Assembly (NCBI GenBank): GCA_951406725.2
Contig: OX597826.1
Coordinates: forward strand, 13,330,001-13,394,000
Source of the DNA: Octopus vulgaris
Lineage: Eukaryota
DNA length: 64,000 nt
Direction of reading: 5' to 3'
The notes under the pieces are model-generated. The model was not told where the DNA came from. It saw only the letters and a list, made by a program, of their open reading frames with translations, and did no database searches. Below are positions 12,869 through 25,735 of the stretch, one piece after another; position 1 is the first letter of the stretch; each line of letters opens with the position of its first letter. The translations under genes and the position numbers were made by a program.

Positions 12869-13216
12869 CAGTGATTCTCAAACATTTTTTATCCATGGAC
12901 TCCTTTCATTATTAATTCATTATTATGGGCCCACTTAGCTATTTAATGCTTAAAAGCTAGTTTTATAGAAACTTCTTTCAAAATTCCTATTTTGCTTCCC
13001 ACACGTTAACTGCAGACAGAACTATGTAAAATGTTAGAGAAAGAAACCTAGCTGTTTCTTGCAATGCATACCAAAGCATACAACTAACGCAAATCTTTTT
13101 TTCAGGGACCGTTAAAATACTATTGTGGATTCCAAATTTAGTATTTTGTTACGGGGACAACCCAAAATCTTATACGGACCTTCAAGGGCAATATGGAATC
13201 TATTTGAGAGCCACCG
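12869..13216. mobile_element. hAT-like MITE
   Basis: Ends CAGTGATTCTCAA and TTGAGAGCCACCG resemble CAGTGGTTCTCAA hAT TIRs. Imperfect 8-bp TSD ATTTAAAT / GGTTAAAT. Confidence 0.55.
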
Positions 13217-13261
13217 GGTTAAATGGTGCTTGGTTCAGACATATGAATATACACGATTGTA

Positions 13262-14100
13262 GATACAACATATTACATGGGAGCTCCTCTCTTGTAATGT
13301 TAAAAGGATCGTAATGAAGGGAAAAGTATAATAGCATCATCTCCATTCTAGAACTTAACTGCATAGGATTCCATGACTAATAATTTATCCCTGGAATTTC
13401 ACTTCGTATTGGACGATTTCTGCTAGAGAAAATAGTTCAGATGTATGCACTGTTTGTTGGTACATGCAGGAGTGTTCGCTGAGGAAATTACTTGAATTTT
13501 GTAAATATTTGGGGTCAAAATTCACTCCAGAGAATTATTTTCAGCAGAATTATTTCCGGTATTTTTGGCGCGCCAAAACGAAGACTTTTGAAATATAACC
13601 CTAAATGTAATTGGTAGAACTATATGCATCTTCAATCTCATGTGGACGTCCCGTGTATAGTTCTGCAAATTATATTTTGCTATGACGGTCACACTGATGA
13701 ATTGCGGACATTTACGTAAGTGGTAACAATGAAACCGGTTTTGTGACTAATCATTATATTTTGTATCTTTTCATTTGTCTTGCTCGCTTACGTTCTGATG
13801 TTTACTGAATTTTCCTGAGAACAATATTTTCTTAGTGGTCACACCATATGGGGTCTACATCTAACGTAATGATACAACATATTACGTGGGAGTTCCTCTT
13901 GTAATGTTGAAACGATCGTAATGAAAGGATAAGTATAATAGCATCATCTCCATTCTAGAACTTAACTGCATAGGATTCCATGACTAATAAATTATTCCTG
14001 GAATTTCATTTTGTAGAGGAAATAGTTCACATGTATGCATTGTTTGTTGATACATGTAGGTGTGTTCGCAGATGAAATTGCTTGAATTTTCTAAATATTT
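13262..14100 (+). repeat. Direct repeat pair (about 230-250 bp, 13262-13510 and 13871-14100) enclosing a hammerhead-like motif
   Basis: GATACAACATATTAC(A/G)TGGGAG...CTTGAATTTT(G/C)TAAATATTT is present twice, about 610 bp apart. Confidence 0.85.
13688..13747 (+). ncRNA. Type I minimal hammerhead ribozyme-like motif
   Basis: GTCACA-CTGATGA-ATTG...CAAT-GAAA-CCGG-TTT-TGTGAC: 6-bp stem I, 4-bp stem II base, palindromic stem III loop. There is one extra T relative to consensus. Confidence 0.6.
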
Positions 14101-14229
14101 TTCTATTCAGATATGTATATATCTGAATATCCAGTACGATCGCTTCATGCAACTCCATTTTATTGAACAATACAATCATTACATCAATTTAAAATGTAGA
14201 CCAATCTTCAGCTTCACAAAAACATAGAA

Positions 14230-16800
14230 TTTAATTAAATAAGAACAGATGCCCACATTAGAGTAATTATACCTAAAATCTCCAAGAAGTTAAGGAGATA
14301 GACAAAGAACATTCTCTACTTCAGCATAGAAGTTACTAAGATTATCAAGAAGACTCTGTCTGCCACTGATATTTTTTCTTATGGGGTCAGTTTTAATTTA
14401 TAGACTAGTTTATCAAATCCCTTGTATATCTAAGGCTGAGAGAACAGAGGGCAGTATCTGTTAGAGGTAGGGCTGAGGCAGTAGACAGAGATTCTAGTTG
14501 GTATAGTCATAAAAGAATCAAGATTTATTATAAGCAATATCATGAGGTTTAGTAAGGGAAAACTTAAAACAAGATATTAGCTGATAATTAAGGCGGTTGC
14601 CCACTAGCAGACTATTGATAATGAAACAGGGCAAGTCTTTTCATATGGTACTATAGTTAAATATTTTGAGCAATATTGCTATGTATACAGTTAAAGTTTA
14701 GGGTTATTCAAAGGATTATTAAGAAGAATATTATAACAAAAGGATAGAAATTTATGAATACTTTTGAGTATATATCAAACTTCTTACCACAATAATGGCA
14801 GTGCATCAGCATGGCCACAGCTCTGAGCTGAAACTAGAGAGAACAAAAAATAGAAGGAGGAAAAGAAATTATCCAGAAATAGTTTACATATTGTGTACTT
14901 AATTACTAACTCATCAGATGGTGTCTGTGAATATTGATTAACTGGTATATACTGTTATTAATAAAGGAGTATTGGAGTAAAGCAACATGCTAATTATATA
15001 ATAATAAAATTTTAATCTAATCAATATTTTTCTATAAGTAGTGAATATCCCAGTATAGTTTTATATAAGCTAAGTATGAATTTATTGAGGTACAAAAATT
15101 ATATTAATTTATAAATAAATAAAGGCTGATTATAAAACAATAAAGAAATAAAATAAAATAATCAAGTAGGGCAGAACACCATAGAAAAGGAAATAAAATG
15201 GCTTAATTACTAATACTATGGTAAAGTATTTGTAGCTTGTTAACACCAATAGAGAAGATTTTTTAGAAAAAGTATGATAATTCAAAATATATTAAACTAA
15301 AAATTATATATTTACTTATTTAGCTAATATCAGTAAAAGACTGATGTTTGGTATTGCCTAAAGGAATATTTAAGTTATGGAACAATCATATTTTTACACT
15401 AATCTTTTTTTAAAATTAAGAGTTATATTATAGGTTTAAGAAGTTATTATTGTTACTCCCTACATGATATTTATAGTTTCTTAGTGGTACTTGTTTTGAA
15501 GGGTTATTTATATAAAGGCCTTTATAAATACTAAGATCAGGAGGGTAGAACCATTTAAGAAAGAGATTAATCAAGTAATTTCTAAATATCATTTCAAACA
15601 ATATTATTATATAAAGTTAAAATTTAGGGTAATCAAGAAGATTATTAAGAATGACATTTTAATGAAAGGATAAAACTTCTTTGGATATTTTGAGTATATA
15701 CCAAATTTTACCACAATAGAGGGAGGAAAAGAAAATTGCAAAGAAATAGTTTAATATTTATTTACTTATTACTTAACTAAGCATTAACTTATTATATGGT
15801 TTCTATGGGGATTGCTCAATTGGATTTGAATGGTATTTAATAAGGGAGCAACTGAGGTTAAAGAACACGTCAACTATATACTGATTTAATTAAATCGAAC
15901 TATTTTAAGATGTACAGATACCGGTATGACCTTATATAAGCTGAGTACGAATTAATAGGGGTACAAGGATCAGATTTATTTAAGGCTACTATAAAATAAC
16001 AATAATAACAATAACAAAAATGATCAGTTAGGATAGAGCATCATGGGAAAAAGAATAAAAACAGCCTAATCACTAAAAACCATAATAAAATAGCTATACC
16101 TTATTAACTCTAATAGCAAGTATTCATAGAAAATGTATAATAATTTATGAGCTAAAAATTGTTAATTAACATATTTAGCTTATTATGATCAGGACCAAAA
16201 CCCGGTATTGGTTGAAAAAATAATTGTTGTTAAAAGGACATGCTAATCATATACTAATATTAAATTAAGAGGTTTAATATAGATTTCAAAAGTTGTGGTA
16301 ATCCGTAAATGATATTACAGTTTCTTAGGGGTACTTAATTAGAAGGGCTGTTTGTATAAAGCCAATATAAATACCAAAATTAAGAGTACGGAACACTTTA
16401 AGAAAGGGATAGAAAAACTTAGTTACTAAAACTATTTTAAACAACATGTCATTATTGTATAAAGTTAAAATTTAGGGTTACCAGGAAGATTTATCATTGA
16501 GGTGAGACAAAAAATTTACTATAAATTAGTTAAATTATAATTTAAGCAGTTTAATTTTAAATTGTGAAGATACCTCTATTGCTATTTATAAGCTAAATAT
16601 GGATTTATAGGGGTACAAAAATTTAGGTTTTTCTAAAGGTAATTATAAAGTATTAAAATGATCGGGTAGGGTAGAAACACCATAGGAAAGGATATAAAAG
16701 CTTAATTACTGAAATCATGATGAAATATAAATACAACTTAGTAACTTCAATAGAGAAGATTTATAGAAAATATGTAATAATTCAAGTATTTGAAATAAAA
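14230..16800 (+). pseudogene. Fossil intronless coding region with three diverged about 850-920-bp tandem repeats; unknown K/I/N/Y-rich protein
   Basis: Recurrent translated blocks on +: I(K/Q)LKFRV (about 14685, 15611, 16458), FEYI.NF...IEGGKE, A(K/E)Y..I.VQ, YSFL..L..KG.LYK, with many third-position differences between copies. Numerous in-frame TAA/TAG codons and frameshifts. Confidence 0.65.
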
Positions 16801-16933
16801 AATTGTTTATATATATATATATCAGGCATGGGTATATGGTAAGAGGATAGCTTTGCAATCATATGGGTCCTGGTTAACTCCTACTGCGTGGCCCCTTTGC
16901 CAAGTTTCTTCTGGTACATCCTCGGGCCGGCCA

Positions 16934-16970
<37 letters not shown>

Positions 16971-18023
16971 AAATGTAAGTTTTAACTGCTATTTCTAAAT
17001 TTCAGTATGTGGTGAAGCAAATTTTTGCTTAACCCTAATTATAACTATACTCATAATTATAAAATTTTATATATAAGTTTACCGATAATGGTTCTTTTAA
17101 CAAACCGAACTACTTGGTAAAATTATTAATTATTAATTAATTAATTAATTAATTTGACCCTTTATTATTATGGATATATATATATGCGATGGGCAAATTA
17201 TAACCATTTTATGTTTTTAATTTCGCCCATGTCCATTGTTTGTTTTAGATTTTGTTGACTGGACGCATAGTATGGTAGGATCAGTTGGGCACCCTCTGTG
17301 AGAACAACAGCAACATGACACAATTCACTCTGTCAGAAATTTGGAAACGATTTACTGTACTGCTTGGCATGTGGTCCAGAAGTTAGAATATGAACATTTC
17401 AGAGTATTTGGGTGTCACCACACCCTGTGTATATATAATTATATATATATTAACCCATACGTACATGTGTGTGTGTGTGTGTGTGTCTTTGTGTCTGCAT
17501 TTGTCCTCCTCAACCGCTTGATAACCGGTGTTGGTGCATTTACGTCCCCGTGAGACTGATAGAATATACACCAGGCTTTAAAATGTACTGGGTTCAATTC
17601 ATTCGACTAAATCTTCAAGGCTGTGCCCCAGCATGGCCACAGTCTAATTACTGAAACAAATAAAAGATAAAATATATAGATTATATAGGCACAAAATAAC
17701 GTCTTTTACTCTCTCTCTCTCTCTCTCTCTCCCTCTCTCCCTCTCACTAGAAACATACAAACACGATGTAGTTGTTGCACACAAGCTGGCCAGATGGTGA
17801 TTTCAATTCACAGACAGGTTGTGCACCGCATTCTTAAGCAAGACACTCTTTTCCACTTTGCTTCAGTTCATGCAGATGCAAATGGGTATCACTGCAGTGG
17901 TCTGGCGCTCCGTTGAGATGGACTGTTTGCCTGCGGTGTGGGAGCATTCGAAAGTTAAGACGTTAAGACAATGCGAGGAGCCGCACCAGCGATACCATGA
18001 TATCCGATAATCGATATCATGAT

Positions 18024-18077
<54 letters not shown>

Positions 18078-18083
<6 letters not shown>

Positions 18084-18238
18084 GTCTGGGGAGAGTCATT
18101 TTCTTTTTGTACCTTAAAGGTTGCAAAACGCAACGAAAGTTTTTAAGAAAATAAAAATAACAAATAAGTGGAAATTTTACCGGTGAGTGTGTTAAATTAT
18201 AAGGCACAAAAAGAAAATGACTCTCCTCAGACACAACA
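18078..18238. mobile_element. MITE with about 39-bp TIRs next to a (TA)n tract
   Basis: TGTTGTGTCTGGGGAGAGTCATTTTCTTTTTGTACCTTA versus TAAGGCACAAAAAGAAAATGACTCTCCTCAGACACAACA. Confidence 0.8.
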
Positions 18239-18579
18239 GAATACAATATACGTATTATGAAACTATTCCGTATATTACTTGAATCTGAAGTTTTCAAGTG
18301 AAATAATTGAGTTCAATGAAACCAAATATGCTTTTGTCAACAATAATTCTAGATAATTCCTAGCTACTCTTTATCCTGGGCAACGCCGATAAGCACACAC
18401 ACACACACCTGGTCGCGTAGGTAGAAATGTCCATAGGTTGACAGTGAACAGTTGTGAAATCTTGCATGCATTAATTACAGCTTTTATTATTAATTATTTC
18501 TTTCCAGGTAAACTGATATCTCACTGTTCAAAAAATTTTTTAAAAGAGACACCAACAGTAACTAGTTACGATTTCTCTT

Positions 18580-19110
18580 GAAAATGGGCAAAGTTTGGCA
18601 TTGGGTGTAATCAAGTTTTAGCCCCCAACGGCATTCATGCTGACATGGTTTCTCTATTAGGGGATGATGCTTCAGTTTTGTAAGCAGTGCAAAAGTGGGC
18701 AGACAGATGAATATATGAGGGGAAGAGAGAGTCTTGAAATTGATCCAATCTCTGGATGTATGCAACTACCACTATCGAGGAAAACATTGTGTCAACGCCA
18801 TACGGTGATGGATGAACAGGCGATTGACTATAAATCAAAATGAGAGAGTTGAGAGTATTCTGCACAATGGACTTCACATGACGAAGGTTCCTGATCGAAT
18901 GGGTGCTACGTCTTCTGACACCTGATCAAAAATGCACCAGGCTGACCACATCACTGGAAAATCTGAGATTGCTTCAGGCAGATCCTGCTGGTTTTCTTGA
19001 ACGTTTCCTAACCCAGGATGAGTGTTGGCTTCAATCACTTTGAGCCTGAGAGAAAGAGACAATCCATGCTGCGGAAACACCCCACTTCACTTTGCACAAA
19101 AGACTCCAAG
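18580..19110 (+). mobile_element. Second mariner transposase pseudogene (N-terminal half, different subfamily)
   Basis: Frameshifted fragments IHADMVSLLGDDA, VQKWA, GRESLE.DP, WVLRLLTPDQK, FLERFLTQDE.W, HFEPERKRQSM. These correspond to the WVPxxL linker and first catalytic D region. Confidence 0.8.
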
Positions 19111-19635
19111 GGATACCATGTCGAAAACTAATCCTCATTTGGCCACATTTCATGAAAGGATCCTAGTCAGCCTATGAACTTCTCAGCCGACCCGCGTTTG
19201 TATGTATGTATGTACGTATGTATGTATGTATGTATGTATGTATGTATGTATGTATGTATGTATGTATGTATGCATACATGCTCATATGCGCAGGAGTGGC
19301 TGTGTGGTAAGTAGCTTGCTTACCAAACACATGGTTCCGGGTTCATTCCCACTGCGTGGCACCTTGGGCAAGTGTCTTCTACTATAGCCTCGGGCCGACC
19401 AAAGCTTTTTGAGTGGATTTGGTAGATATATGTGTGGGTATCTGTGTTTGTCCCCCACCATTGCTTGACAACGGATGCTGGTGTGTTTACGTCTCCGTAA
19501 CTTAGCGGTTCAGCAAAAGAGAAGGATAGAATAAGTACCAGGCTTACAAAGAATAAGTCCTGGGGTCGATTTGCTTGGCTAAAGGCGATGCTATAGCATC
19601 ATGGCCGCAGTCAAATGACTGAAACAAGTATATAC

Positions 19636-19684
<49 letters not shown>

Positions 19685-20911
19685 CACGCAAACGCACGCA
19701 CGCGCACATTGTTTTATTTATTTATTCTTGTATTTGTTTCAATCATTTTGACTGCGGCCATGCTGGAGCGCCGCCTTTAGTTGAACAAATCGATCTTCGA
19801 ACTTATTCTTTGTAAGCCCAGTACATATTCTATCGGTCTTTTTTGTCGAACCGCTATTTTAAGGTGACGTAAACACACCAACATCGGTTCTCAAGTGATG
19901 GAGAGGGACAAACACAGACACAAACATATACACACATAAGTGTGTGTATATATATATATATGTATGTATATGACTGGCTTCTTTCAGTTTCTGTCTACTA
20001 AATCCACTCACAAGGCAACATGCAGTGGGACCGAACCCGGAACCATGTGATTGGTAAGCAAGCTACTTACCCCACCGTGACAGCCATTCCTTCGCCTATT
20101 TATATTATACATATTTCAAATTCCGCCGAAGTCGACTTTGCCTTTCATCCCTTCGGAGTCGATAAATTAAGTACCAGTTGCGTACTGGGGTTGATCTAAT
20201 TATTAACTGGTCCCCTCCCCCCCAAATTTTTATGTACGTGTGTTTGTGTGTTCATGTAAGTATGCATGTGTGCGTACGTGCGTGTGTATCTCACGCGCAA
20301 AAAATACATTCTTGTTTGTTACATAATCCTCTTTCTAATCACTTTTAAATCTTTTAATTTTATCCTATTTTCTTTCTCTTCTCCTGTTACCCCCCACAAC
20401 AACCCTACACCTCTTACTTTCACTCACTCACTCACTCACTCACTCACTCTCCCTCTCTCTTTACTTCTGTCATGTTCTCACTCTTTGTTTCTCTGTTCTT
20501 CATTCGAATCAGCTTTTTATTTTTATTTCTTTAGCAAATAAATGGTTAAATAAAAAAAATAAACGAATGAAATAAATAAATTAGCCTTATCTCGATTTCC
20601 CTCTCATTTTCCTTCAGTTTTTCCACTGTTTCGCATACTATTTCTTTTATTTTCAATCTGTTAAGCACTCCCTCTCTCTCCCCCCTTCTCTCCCTCTCTC
20701 TCCTCTTCACTCTCTCCCTTTCACTCTCTCCCTTTCCCTCTCTCCCTTTCACTCTCTCCCTTTCACTCTCTCCCTTTCACTCTCTCCCTTTCACTATCTC
20801 CCTCTCTCCCTCTCCTACTTCTTTTTTGTTCTATGTAATTAATTCCCTTTCTTTTTCTGCGTCCTCTTTCACCGCTCACTATCTCTCTCATGTTCTCCTC
20901 TCCCGCTTTCC

Positions 20912-20972
<61 letters not shown>

Positions 20973-21381
20973 ATACAAAAGCACACACATGTATATACTA
21001 CACACACACACATACACACACACACACACTCATACAAAAGCACACACATGTATATACTACACACACACACACACTCATACAAAAGCACACACATGTATAT
21101 ACTACACACACACACACACATTCACGTTTGCTCACACTCGTTCTCTTTCTCTTTCTCCTTAACTCCCTCTTCTCTATCTTTCTCTGGTTCATTCTCCATC
21201 TCTCCTTTCAAGGCCCTTCTCAGTAACCAAACTGCAAGAACAGCATACAGAGCGCACCCTGCATTATCAGGGGCCCCGCAATAAGTGTTTTATTACGACA
21301 AGAATCTTTCGCCTTCAGCATGTTTGAATCTTGATTCAATAGTTGGAATACTTTTTGAGGTTCAAAACATTTTACATAAAA

Positions 21382-21751
21382 ACTAGCACTGTGACCCGGC
21401 GTTGCCGGGTCATAGTGCTAGTACATGCATATACAGCTGCGTGCGTGCGTGCGCACATACACGCGAGTACTGTCCAAATCTCCGACCAGTCACATACAGC
21501 TAGCTGGCATTCAATTGGTGTATCAAGTTTCGGGCATTTTGATTGGGTTTTGGATAGAAAATTCACAAAAATGTGAATTTTTTTATGGCTTTGCGGGGTG
21601 ACTGGGGAAATGTAAAGATGTGCACGACCACCCTTGGACGGTTTTAAATGACCGTAGAAAGTGCGAGCCCTTTAACTGAAAAATTGTGGATTTGTATAAA
21701 GGATACACACACACACACAGACATACATTTTGCCGTTTATATAAATAGAGA
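21382..21751 (-). mobile_element. Non-autonomous Helitron-like element (copy 2)
   Basis: Aligns throughout with 10617-11016. The hairpin loop reads GTT instead of AAC. Confidence 0.75.
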
Positions 21752-22115
21752 TGCTTCTAAGCTATAAATTCCGAGTTACTGATTTTGAATTTTCTCAATT
21801 TCTACATAGCATTATACTGCTGTTGACTTTTATGAAGATCTGGGTGTCCAAGGTGGTTCCTATTCTTGGAATGCTTCTGAGATCCAATATATTTTCATTT
21901 AAACAAATTGCAGTGTTCAAATAAGACGGTAACGAGAGCTGGGTAGATTTACTTCATTTTTGCTAGATGAAACTAAATTACTAACATATTAAATTACTAA
22001 CATACAGTCCAACCGTGGCACCTTGGGCAAGTGTCTTCTACTATGGCCTCGGACCGACCAAAGCCTTGTGAGTGAATTTAGTAAACGGAAACTGAAAGAT
22101 CGTCGTATACATACA

Positions 22116-22149
<34 letters not shown>

Positions 22150-23134
22150 ATGTGTGTTTGTCCCCCACCACTTGACAGCCGGTGTTGGTGTAACTTAGCG
22201 GTTGCGAGAAAAAGAACGATAAAATAAGTACTAGGCTTATAAAAGAAAGTACTGGGGTCAAGTCATTCATCTAAAAATTCTTCAAGGCGGTGCCTCAGCA
22301 TGGCCGCAGCCTAATTACTGAAACAAGTAAAAGATAAAAGAAAATAACGATTCTAATTAACAGCCTTGCGATTATTAAAGCAACAATGAGTTCAAATCCT
22401 CCGAAGGTTGACATTGCTTTCCATCGTTTCGAGGTCGAAGAACCAGGTCTGGGTCGATGTAATTGACTTATTCCAACCCCTTAAAAGTTATGGTCTTGTT
22501 CAAAAATTAGAAAGAATTATTAAGGAGATAATCTGGCAGAATCGTTAGCACCCCGGGCAAAATTCTTCGCGACATTTTGTCCATCTTTACATTCTGAGTT
22601 GAAATTCCGCCGGGCTTGATTTTTACGTCCCACCATTTTGAGGTCGATGAAATAAATACCAGTTGAGCTCTGGGGTTGATAAAATCGAGTTACACCCCTT
22701 CTCTGAATTGGTTGTCTTTTGCCAAAATTTGAAACTGTTATAATGATTACATAATGTCAGGTCAGTGTTAGTGACTTCGAGGTCGACTTTGCTTTTCATC
22801 CTTTCGGGGTCGATAAATTAAGTACCAGTTACACTTAATACCTTTGTCTGTCCTTGTTTGTCCTCTCTGTGTTTAGCCCCTAGTGGGTAGTAAAAAAAAA
22901 AAAATAATAATAATGGTTTCAAAAGTCTTTTACTCTTTTACTTGTTTCAGTCATTTGACTGTGGCCATGCTGGAGCAGCGCCTTTAGTCGAGCAAATCGA
23001 CCCCAGGACTTATTCTTTGTAAGCCTTGTACTTAATCTATCGGATCTCTTTTGTCGAACCGCTAAGTTACGGAGACGTAAACACACCAGCATCGGTTGTC
23101 AAGCGATGTTGGGGGAACAAACACAGACACACAA

Positions 23135-23175
<41 letters not shown>

Positions 23176-23416
23176 TATATATATATATATTCATTTATAC
23201 GACGGGCTTCTTTCAGTTTCCGCCTACCAAATCCACTCACAAGGCTTTGGTCGGCCCGAAGTCATAGTAGAAGACACTTTCCCAAGGTGCCACGCAGTGG
23301 GGCTGAACCCGGAACCATGTGGTTGGTAAGCAAGCTACTTACCACACAGCCACTCCTACGCCTATTATAACTTATTACTAATTACTAAAACAAACATTAA
23401 TATATGTATATACACA

Positions 23417-23570
23417 CGAGTGGCTGCTAAAAAGCTCCTGGCGTTGGGTAAAAGAAAATACATGAGGACCTTCAGTTTTTCTAAGCCCTGTAAAAAAACT
23501 CGGAAGTTTGGGCGTCCAAAGTGGCCTTTCGCGATTCCCTTAAAGTCAGGAACTTTTCAGCATCCCGTCT
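23417..23570. mobile_element. Small mariner-type MITE (degenerate TIRs)
   Basis: GAGTGGCTGCTAAAAAGCTCCTGGC versus GTCAGGAACTTTTCAGCATCCCGTC, an imperfect inverted match. Confidence 0.45.
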
Positions 23571-23819
23571 GAATATTGACCCACATTAGATAAGTCAATA
23601 TATATATTGACCTATCTAATGTGCAGATAGAGCCTTGAAAATAATTTCTAAATTCATTTTAAGATTCCTTCATAATATATGCTAGAGTTCCTGCACAAGC
23701 ATAATCCAGCCTGCAGCTCTTCTAACAAAACCATTTACTTCTTGGTACAAACTCTCTTCCCCTCCCACTCACTTTCACAAGCACACACACAAACACAAAC
23801 ACACACACACACACACATA

Positions 23820-23860
<41 letters not shown>

Positions 23861-24039
23861 AAACACACACAGCCAGACACGCACGTTTAAATGGACTCAC
23901 ACAGAGCCCGCAAAAGGGGGAGTTCTGCTAGTATGTAATATAACTTCATTTTTCACATGATATAATCATCATCATTATTTCTTTAATATCTAAAAAGAGA
24001 AATCGGAAAATCGAGATCGAGCGCGCTTTTACCCTTTTG

Positions 24040-24420
24040 CTCGACGTGTGGTTTCTGTTTGTTTGTTTAGCGAAGCGGTCTTCGTCCTGGGAGAAGTCCG
24101 AAACGTGGTCCTTTTCTATTCGTAAGACCAGCAGAAGAGAAAGCAGGTCAACCACCGACACCGAGAGCATCGACAGATGGATGAATGCGCATCCAAGCTC
24201 AGCGGTTGCATAGGAAGTCGGGGACAAGAAACATGAAGAAAGAGTGAGAGAAAGTTGGAGCGAAAGAGTACAGCAGGGATCACCACCACCCCCTGCCGGA
24301 GCCTCGTGGAGCTTTAGGTGTTTTCGCTCAATAAACATACACAACTCCCGGTCTGGGAATCGAAACCGCGATCCTCCGACCGCGAGTCCGCTGTCCTAAC
24401 CACTGGGCCATTGCGCCTCT
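24040..24420 (-). mobile_element. SINE group C (tRNA-derived head GAGGCGCAATGGCCCAGTGGTTAGG), tail type 1
   Basis: Reverse complement shows A box TGGCCCAGTGGTTAGG and B box GGTTTCGATTCC. Head and core are shared with 48004, 53164 and 61042. Confidence 0.8.
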
Positions 24421-25503
24421 ACTTGTGGTTTCTGTCCAGCTGGGCTCGCTGTGGGACACCTGTTTTAACGTTTGACAGATTTACCAGTCTCATTCAAATT
24501 CCCCGACCGACACTGTTCTCGACTAAGAGTCTATGCTCATATGATATAACCCACCACCATCATTTCCATAATATTAACAATAGCAAAATTTAGTTGATTT
24601 TGCTATTGTTGTTTAACCACAGAGCAACACTGACTGAGTCGACCTATAATAAGAGGCATTCCAGCCTTACCCACAACGTCTTTTAGAGACATCTATAATT
24701 ACTTTATCTAACGTCCACGGGCATATGGCATAGAAAAACTCCGTTGAGGTCGACTTTGCCTTTCATCCTTTCGGGGTCGATAAATTAAGTACCAGTTACG
24801 CACTGGGGTCGATGTAATCGACTTAATCCTTTTGTCGGTCCTTGTTTGTCCCCTCTGTGTTTAGCCCCTTGTGGGTAGTAAAGAAATATATAATTACTTT
24901 ATCTAACGTTTCTTTTCTTACTTAAGAGATAAGCTTGTGGTTTCGGGCTGATGTGGTTGCGATTAATAGCAAATTAAGCAACCACGGATACTTTTATACA
25001 TATTTTTGTTGTTCAATTATTTAAAATCATTAAGCATGGCATTTAAAGATAATCATCTTCTTTCCTTGCTTAATGACAGTAAGTTGTGTCTGAGGGGTAT
25101 GTGGCTATTATTACACGAAGGTCGCGAACTGCCGTTCTTGTTAACAGAATTCAGAGATTCAAAGGTTTCTTTAACTGAATAGGCAAAATCATGTCGAAAC
25201 ACAAGTGTCTCAAAATTTCCCCCTTGTCACTTATGCACATGGATCGTCTAAAGGGCGAATTTTATTCTCTGAAGGTGAAATGCAGCATGGATTAGCATAT
25301 GCATGTTCAAATCCTATGGAATTTGTTAAACATTTATATGCACGTCATTGTCTTGAATTTCACTTTTTGCAGACTCGTAAAAATTCAATTTTTTGCAGGA
25401 GTTTGATTTTGAAATTAATGTTAAGAGGTTTGTAAAATCGATTAAATCGGTCTTAATCCGTCTTAATATCCGAAGAAAACGAATCAGGAACGCCAATAAC
25501 AAT

Positions 25504-25551
<48 letters not shown>

Positions 25552-25556
25552 AACTA

Positions 25557-25588
<32 letters not shown>

Positions 25589-25666
25589 TCTACTACTACT
25601 ACTACTACTTGGCAACCATCTCTTGCAGACTCTCTCTCTCTCTCTATTTGTCTTCCTGTCTGTCTA

Positions 25667-25735
<69 letters not shown>

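Noticed and set aside
14230-16800. NUMT, or a minus-strand membrane protein, as the explanation for the AT-rich skewed region
   Set aside because: No mitochondrial protein or rRNA motif was recognised. The + strand frame gives longer, more natural aligned peptides across the repeats, and the hydrophobic minus reading looks like its antisense shadow.
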